Shown here: positions 28,765-32,913 of the stretch, piece by piece
How positions within the stretch are numbered: the first letter of the stretch is position 1
Layout: each line of letters opens with the position of its first letter
Assembly (NCBI GenBank): GCA_017694765.1
Contig: JADIML010000169.1
Coordinates: 1-32,913, forward strand
Direction of reading: 5' to 3'
Source: Candidatus Scybalomonas excrementavium
Lineage (GTDB): Bacteria > Bacillota > Clostridia > Lachnospirales > Lachnospiraceae
DNA length: 32,913 bases
Position numbers and translations under genes: made by a program
The notes under the pieces: generated by a model
Database searches by the model: none
Told to the model about the DNA's origin: nothing
Seen by the model: the letters and a program-made list of their open reading frames with translations, nothing else

Positions 28765-29139
28765 ATGACAGATAAAGAATTAAAAAAGTTAGGGCGTGTA
28801 GCACTCTTAGAAATGTTAGTTGATATGGGTAAAAGAAATGAAGAGTTAGAACATGAAAATGAAGTATTAAAAAAACTTCAAGAAGAGAAGGAGATTCGAA
28901 TTCAAAATGCAGGTTCTATAGCAAATGCAGCGTTGGAGTTAAATAAAGTATTTGAAAATGCTCAAGCAGCAGCTGATCAATATTTATCAAATATAAAGCA
29001 GTTACAAAAAAAGGAAGAAGAACAAGCAAACACGATATTAGAGGAAGCAAACTTGAAAGCACAATGGATATTAGAACAAGCCAAAAAGGAAGCAGATCAA
29101 ATCCTATCAAATGCGAAATTAAAAGCAGAGGCTACGTAG
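28765..29139 (+). CDS. Small coiled-coil protein of unknown function (124 aa, no signal peptide)
   Basis: GAGGGGAG RBS 7 nt before the ATG. Heptad-like charged sequence (EELEHENEVLKKLQEEKE...EEANLKAQWILEQAKKEADQILSNAKLKAE) with a central AGSIANAALELNKVFENAQAAADQYL segment. I recognise no family. Confidence 0.6.
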   Translation: MTDKELKKLGRVALLEMLVDMGKRNEELEHENEVLKKLQEEKEIRIQNAGSIANAALELNKVFENAQAAADQYLSNIKQLQKKEEEQANTILEEANLKAQWILEQAKKEADQILSNAKLKAEAT

Positions 29140-29231
29140 GAAAGAAAATAGTTCTGATAGAAATAAAAAACTAAGAAAGGGTAGAGTTCATTCGCTAGTA
29201 TCAAGAAAGATAGCGAGAAAAGAGGTAGTAT

Positions 29232-29813
29232 ATGAAAGCAGATACAAAAGAAATTGCAACGGTAGAGCAGCTAGAAAAAGAGCTCAAACGTGTTCGGCAT
29301 ACAAAAGAATATGGAAGAACATTAAGAGGCACAATATACATTTTACTTGTTGTTGCAGCAGTAGCTTTTTTAATTGCTACATTGTTTTTACCAGTTCTTA
29401 GAGTATACGGAACGAGCATGGAACCAACATTAAAGAATAAAGAAATTGTAGTAGCCTTAAAAGGAAGTGAATTCAAACGAGGCGATATCGTAGCTTTTTA
29501 TTACAATAATAAAATTCTCTTAAAACGGGTGATTGGAGTAGCTGGTGACCAAATTGTAATCGAGAAAGATGGAACCGTTTTTGTAAATGGAGAAAAGTTA
29601 GAAGAGCCTTATATTTCAGGAAAAAGTCTTGGTGAATGTGATTTATCATTTCCATATCAAGTTCCTGATAATCGGATCTTTGTTATGGGAGACCATCGAG
29701 ATGTATCCATAGATAGTCGATCCTCAACGATTGGATGTATTGCAGATGAATCCATCGTAGGAAAAGTAGCCATTCGGGTTTGGCCACTGAATGAAATAGG
29801 ACTTATCAATTAG
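29232..29813 (+). CDS. lepB: Signal peptidase I (S26A), catalytic Ser/Lys present
   Basis: N-terminal TM anchor IYILLVVAAVAFLIATLFL, Ser box YGTSMEPTL, Lys box LLKRVIGVAGD, and box E VMGDHRDVSIDSR. Confidence 0.9.
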   Translation: MKADTKEIATVEQLEKELKRVRHTKEYGRTLRGTIYILLVVAAVAFLIATLFLPVLRVYGTSMEPTLKNKEIVVALKGSEFKRGDIVAFYYNNKILLKRVIGVAGDQIVIEKDGTVFVNGEKLEEPYISGKSLGECDLSFPYQVPDNRIFVMGDHRDVSIDSRSSTIGCIADESIVGKVAIRVWPLNEIGLIN

Positions 29814-29832
29814 AGAGAGGAGGGAAGCCGTT

Positions 29833-32800
29833 ATGCAAAAAGAACTTCAAACCAAAATAAGTCAATACTTAAAAAATAGTATGAAAATGAGACATCATTA
29901 TCAAATTCTTACGGTTATTGCCATAGCTGTTATATTTCTTGTATATAGTGTTTTAACAAAACCAGCTATTAGTATGGCATACGATAATATTAGCGTAGAA
30001 GCTATGAGGGAAAATACAGCATTTGGACAAGTAGTTCCAGTAAGAATTACAGCACAAGCATTGCAAGGAACAGAACCAACTACGTTCGTTATTTATACAA
30101 AAGGTGTTGGTGGTGGATTATCTTTCGAATATCAATTCAATGAAGAAAATATTTGTGAAGTAATGACAGAAGACGGAACTACAATTCAGTTACATAAAGA
30201 AGAAATACTGGATGAAGAAAACAGGAATGTTATAAAACATAACTATTGGTTTACGTTACAACCAGAAGAAAAGACAGCATTTGTTTTAAATTATACATCG
30301 GATGTAGAGGTTATTACGAATGAAAGTAATGTTAGTACAGGTGGAGGAAGCCAAGTACAACCAGAACAAACATCAGAGAATATAGAAAGTTCAAAAGAGG
30401 ACACAGGAAGTACTGATGTGACAGAAGAAGAAAAGACAGAAGCGACAACAGAAAAAGCAACGGAAGAAGAAGCAGAAGCGACAACAGAAAAAATACCAGA
30501 AGAAGAAAAGGCAGAAGCCACGACAGAAAAAGTACCAGAAGAAGAACAAGTAGAAGCCACAACAGAAAAAATACCAGAAGAAGAACAAGTAGAAGCCACA
30601 ACAGAAAAAGTGCCAGAGGAAGAAAAGACAGAAGTGGCAACAGAAAAAGTAATAGAAGAAGAACAAGTAGAAGACACAACAGATAAGTCAGAAAATGTGA
30701 AGCAAGAAGTCACAGCAGAGAAGAAAGATGTGACAATAGTTGATCCAACGACATTTAATAAAATTGCGATGACCGAAGCAGCATATATCATGGCAGAAAA
30801 TGATATAGAACATACAGAGAGTGAAGTGACAGAACAAGTATCCACAGAAAGTCAAGAAGTAACAACAGAAGAAAACAGTCATACAACACCAGAAGAGATA
30901 CCAAAAGCGGATCAAAATCTTACAGGACCAGAAGTATTACCTGAAGAGACTACAGAGGTAACAGTTCCTATTCACGATGAAGAAGAGATACAACAAGAAA
31001 TGCCAAAAATGGATCAATATTTAGAGATTTATGTGGCAGCATCAGCAGATGGTGGATATGGAGAAATTGCACAGCAATTACAAGGAGAAGTGGAAGGCTG
31101 GAAAGGTAATGTTCCAGTGGAACGCATTGAAAATAAGAAAGTTGCAAATCTTTCTTGGACAGCAGAAGAAAATGTTAGTGACATTATAGTAAAGGCAAGA
31201 ACAAAAGAAGATACACTGGTTACAATATCAGGAAGTAAAAGCAATTTTAATGAAACAGATTTAAAAGATATTCGTATAAAAGCAGAGGAATCTTCTAATA
31301 TGGATATGGAAACTCTAAAATCCATGTTAGAGAGTGACGAGCTTAGTATTTTAGAACAAAAAGGATTCCAAATTGTATTTCTAACGAATGGGCAAGAAGT
31401 ACAACCAACAGGAGACTTTAATATTACCTTTGAAGAATTCGAGTATGATAAAGATACAAAAACAGTAGAAGTATATCAGACGAATGAAGAAGGTGCATGG
31501 AAAAAAATAGATTCTAACTTTAGTGAGGATGGCAGTTTACGAATTTTAGTAAATGGTACTTCTTATAAGCAAAATGAAATTGTATTTTTAGGAAATAAAA
31601 CGCCTACTAAAATAAGTAAAAATGGATTAACTGCAATTCATATTACAAAAGAATGGAAAGATGAAAAAGAGCCAGAAGATATCACAGAAATTGGAATTCA
31701 CATTTACAATGATGAAGGAAAAGAAGTTGCAACGACAACATTGACGAAACAAGCTAGTTGGAAAGCAACAGTAAAAGATCTTCCTTTATATAATGCAAAT
31801 GGAGAACGGATTCAATATTCTGTTGTAGAAGATGAAATTCAAGGATATCCATCTGGAATGGCACAATATAGTGGACAAGAAAAAGTATGGGTTCCAGTAA
31901 AAGAAGAGGAAATTACAGAGGATTCCGAATACTTAACAATTATCAAAGAAAATGATAAACAATATGTTTATAGTAGCAAAGATCCTTCTAATAAAGTGGA
32001 AGTAACAAAAGAACAGCTTGGAGAACAAGTTGTAAAAGATATTAATGGCATAGAAACAAGTTGTTTTATTATTCAAGAAGAAGAAATTGCAAAACGGCTT
32101 GGAATAGAAACAGGAATAGAAGAAGATCTGGAAGTTACTATTGAAGATGTAGATGAAATAGAGGCAGCTATTAAGGAGGAAGAAGAATTAACAATTTCTA
32201 CATATAAGCCACTTTCTTTAAAAACTTCCATAGAAGAAGAGGAAACAAATATAAACACTTATGTAGGAAGTTATAAAGAAGAGTATACAGATTCTGTTGT
32301 AGTGCTTACGAGTGGAAATAGTGATAATGGTAGTACAACGGTTACAGTAACAAAAGAATGGCTTGATGGAGAAGAACATCCAGATTCTGTAACGGTACAG
32401 TTATATAGAAGATACAAAGGAGAAAATAGCTGGAAAGAAGAACATAAAGTATCTGGTTACACTTTAGTCTTGAGTGAGGCCAATCATTGGACTAGTCAAT
32501 GGGATAACCTTCCAAGTCGAGATAGAACAAAACAATATGAATATACAGCACGTGAAGTAGAAATTCCAGATGGATATGAGGCAATTACAGCAACGAACCA
32601 AGAATATAATTGGGAGGCTGTTACTACATTAGAAAATAATCAGACATATTTGATTTTATCTAGTAACGGATATACGTTTAATAGTAGCTTAGATGTAGTT
32701 AATATCAATTCTACAGGTAGTGAGAAAGCCAATAATATCCAAAATCAGTGGATAGTAGAAACAAGTAATGATGGTATATATTTAAAGAATGTATATAATG

Positions 32801-32913
32801 ACAAATATATAGCCTGGACAAGCAATGATAATGATAGTTGGAAATTAGTAGAAAACAGATCGAATGCAGAAAAATTTCAATATTATAATAATAAATTATA
32901 TATAAAAGGATAT
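29833..32913 (+). CDS. Large secreted surface protein/adhesin with acidic tandem repeats and at least two Cna-B-type domains (3' end outside the window)
   Basis: Not in the supplied ORF track because it has no stop: 1027 in-frame codons from ATG 29833 (after AGGAGGG) to the window end, by my own translation. Signal/anchor HHYQILTVIAIAVIFLVYSVLTKPAISMA. Cna-B-like segments are AIHITKEWKDEKEPEDITEIGIHIY...RIQYSVVEDEIQGY and VTVTKEWLDGEEHPDSVTVQLYR...YEYTAREVEIPDGYEA. Several listed minus-strand ORFs between 30291 and 32258 are its antisense shadows. Confidence 0.8.
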   Translation, partial: MQKELQTKISQYLKNSMKMRHHYQILTVIAIAVIFLVYSVLTKPAISMAYDNISVEAMRENTAFGQVVPVRITAQALQGTEPTTFVIYTKGVGGGLSFEYQFNEENICEVMTEDGTTIQLHKEEILDEENRNVIKHNYWFTLQPEEKTAFVLNYTSDVEVITNESNVSTGGGSQVQPEQTSENIESSKEDTGSTDVTEEEKTEATTEKATEEEAEATTEKIPEEEKAEATTEKVPEEEQVEATTEKIPEEEQVEATTEKVPEEEKTEVATEKVIEEEQVEDTTDKSENVKQEVTAEKKDVTIVDPTTFNKIAMTEAAYIMAENDIEHTESEVTEQVSTESQEVTTEENSHTTPEEIPKADQNLTGPEVLPEETTEVTVPIHDEEEIQQEMPKMDQYLEIYVAASADGGYGEIAQQLQGEVEGWKGNVPVERIENKKVANLSWTAEENVSDIIVKARTKEDTLVTISGSKSNFNETDLKDIRIKAEESSNMDMETLKSMLESDELSILEQKGFQIVFLTNGQEVQPTGDFNITFEEFEYDKDTKTVEVYQTNEEGAWKKIDSNFSEDGSLRILVNGTSYKQNEIVFLGNKTPTKISKNGLTAIHITKEWKDEKEPEDITEIGIHIYNDEGKEVATTTLTKQASWKATVKDLPLYNANGERIQYSVVEDEIQGYPSGMAQYSGQEKVWVPVKEEEITEDSEYLTIIKENDKQYVYSSKDPSNKVEVTKEQLGEQVVKDINGIETSCFIIQEEEIAKRLGIETGIEEDLEVTIEDVDEIEAAIKEEEELTISTYKPLSLKTSIEEEETNINTYVGSYKEEYTDSVVVLTSGNSDNGSTTVTVTKEWLDGEEHPDSVTVQLYRRYKGENSWKEEHKVSGYTLVLSEANHWTSQWDNLPSRDRTKQYEYTAREVEIPDGYEAITATNQEYNWEAVTTLENNQTYLILSSNGYTFNSSLDVVNINSTGSEKANNIQNQWIVETSNDGIYLKNVYNDKYIAWTSNDNDSWKLVENRSNAEKFQYYNNKLYIKGY
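30424..30693 (+). repeat. Seven in-frame tandem repeats of 39 nt (one of 36 nt) encoding EEE(K/Q)xEATTEKxP
   Basis: Unit boundaries at 30424, 30463, 30499, 30538, 30577, 30616 and 30655. Units at 30538 and 30577 differ at only 3 nt. Confidence 0.9.

Noticed and set aside
30291-30915. Four minus-strand ORFs (184, 115, 91 and 75 aa) rich in S/V/F/L/C, overlapping the repeat region
   Set aside because: They are antisense read-throughs of the GAA/ACA-rich tandem repeats of the + strand adhesin gene. They have a low-complexity composition and no RBS, and they sit entirely inside a much longer, coherent + strand ORF.
32635-32913. Possible ricin-type (QxW) lectin domain at the end of the visible adhesin sequence (NQWIVETSNDGIYL...DSWKLVE)
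   Set aside because: There is no proper Q-x-W triplet or threefold internal repeat that I can verify by eye, and the domain is truncated by the window end.

Overview
Low-GC, Firmicutes-type (Clostridia-like, probably gut) chromosomal window. It is densely coding, with no transposase, integrase, CRISPR, tRNA or rRNA seen. Left to right: (1) the 3' part of a ManA(cupin)-ROK kinase fusion gene; (2) threonine genes, with thrC-thrB on the minus strand and a divergent hom; (3) a ~15 kb glucuronide/glucuronate utilisation locus covering every step from beta-glucuronidase to KDPG aldolase (eda, AraC regulator, uidA-kdgK, GntR/FCD regulator, GPH symporter, uxuA, SDR-type uxuB, a cytoplasmic GH3 hydrolase, a HAD hydrolase, uxaC), whose promoters share a TTGTATACAA palindrome; (4) rpoB-rpoC standing alone, without the usual ribosomal-protein neighbours. 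(5) The most unusual part follows. A sigmaA-type promoter precedes two tandem, near-identical c-di-GMP-I (GEMM-I)-like riboswitch units, each with its own intrinsic terminator. These lead into an operon for a small coiled-coil protein, a catalytically intact signal peptidase I and a >1027-aa secreted Cna-B-domain surface protein with 39-nt acidic tandem repeats. That last ORF runs open to the window end and is absent from the supplied ORF track. A 49-nt leader segment downstream of the riboswitches recurs (42/49 identical) upstream of rpoB, next to an 18-bp perfect inverted repeat and a GC-rich insert. All calls rest on manual motif recognition and hand alignment; no database or folding computation was possible.
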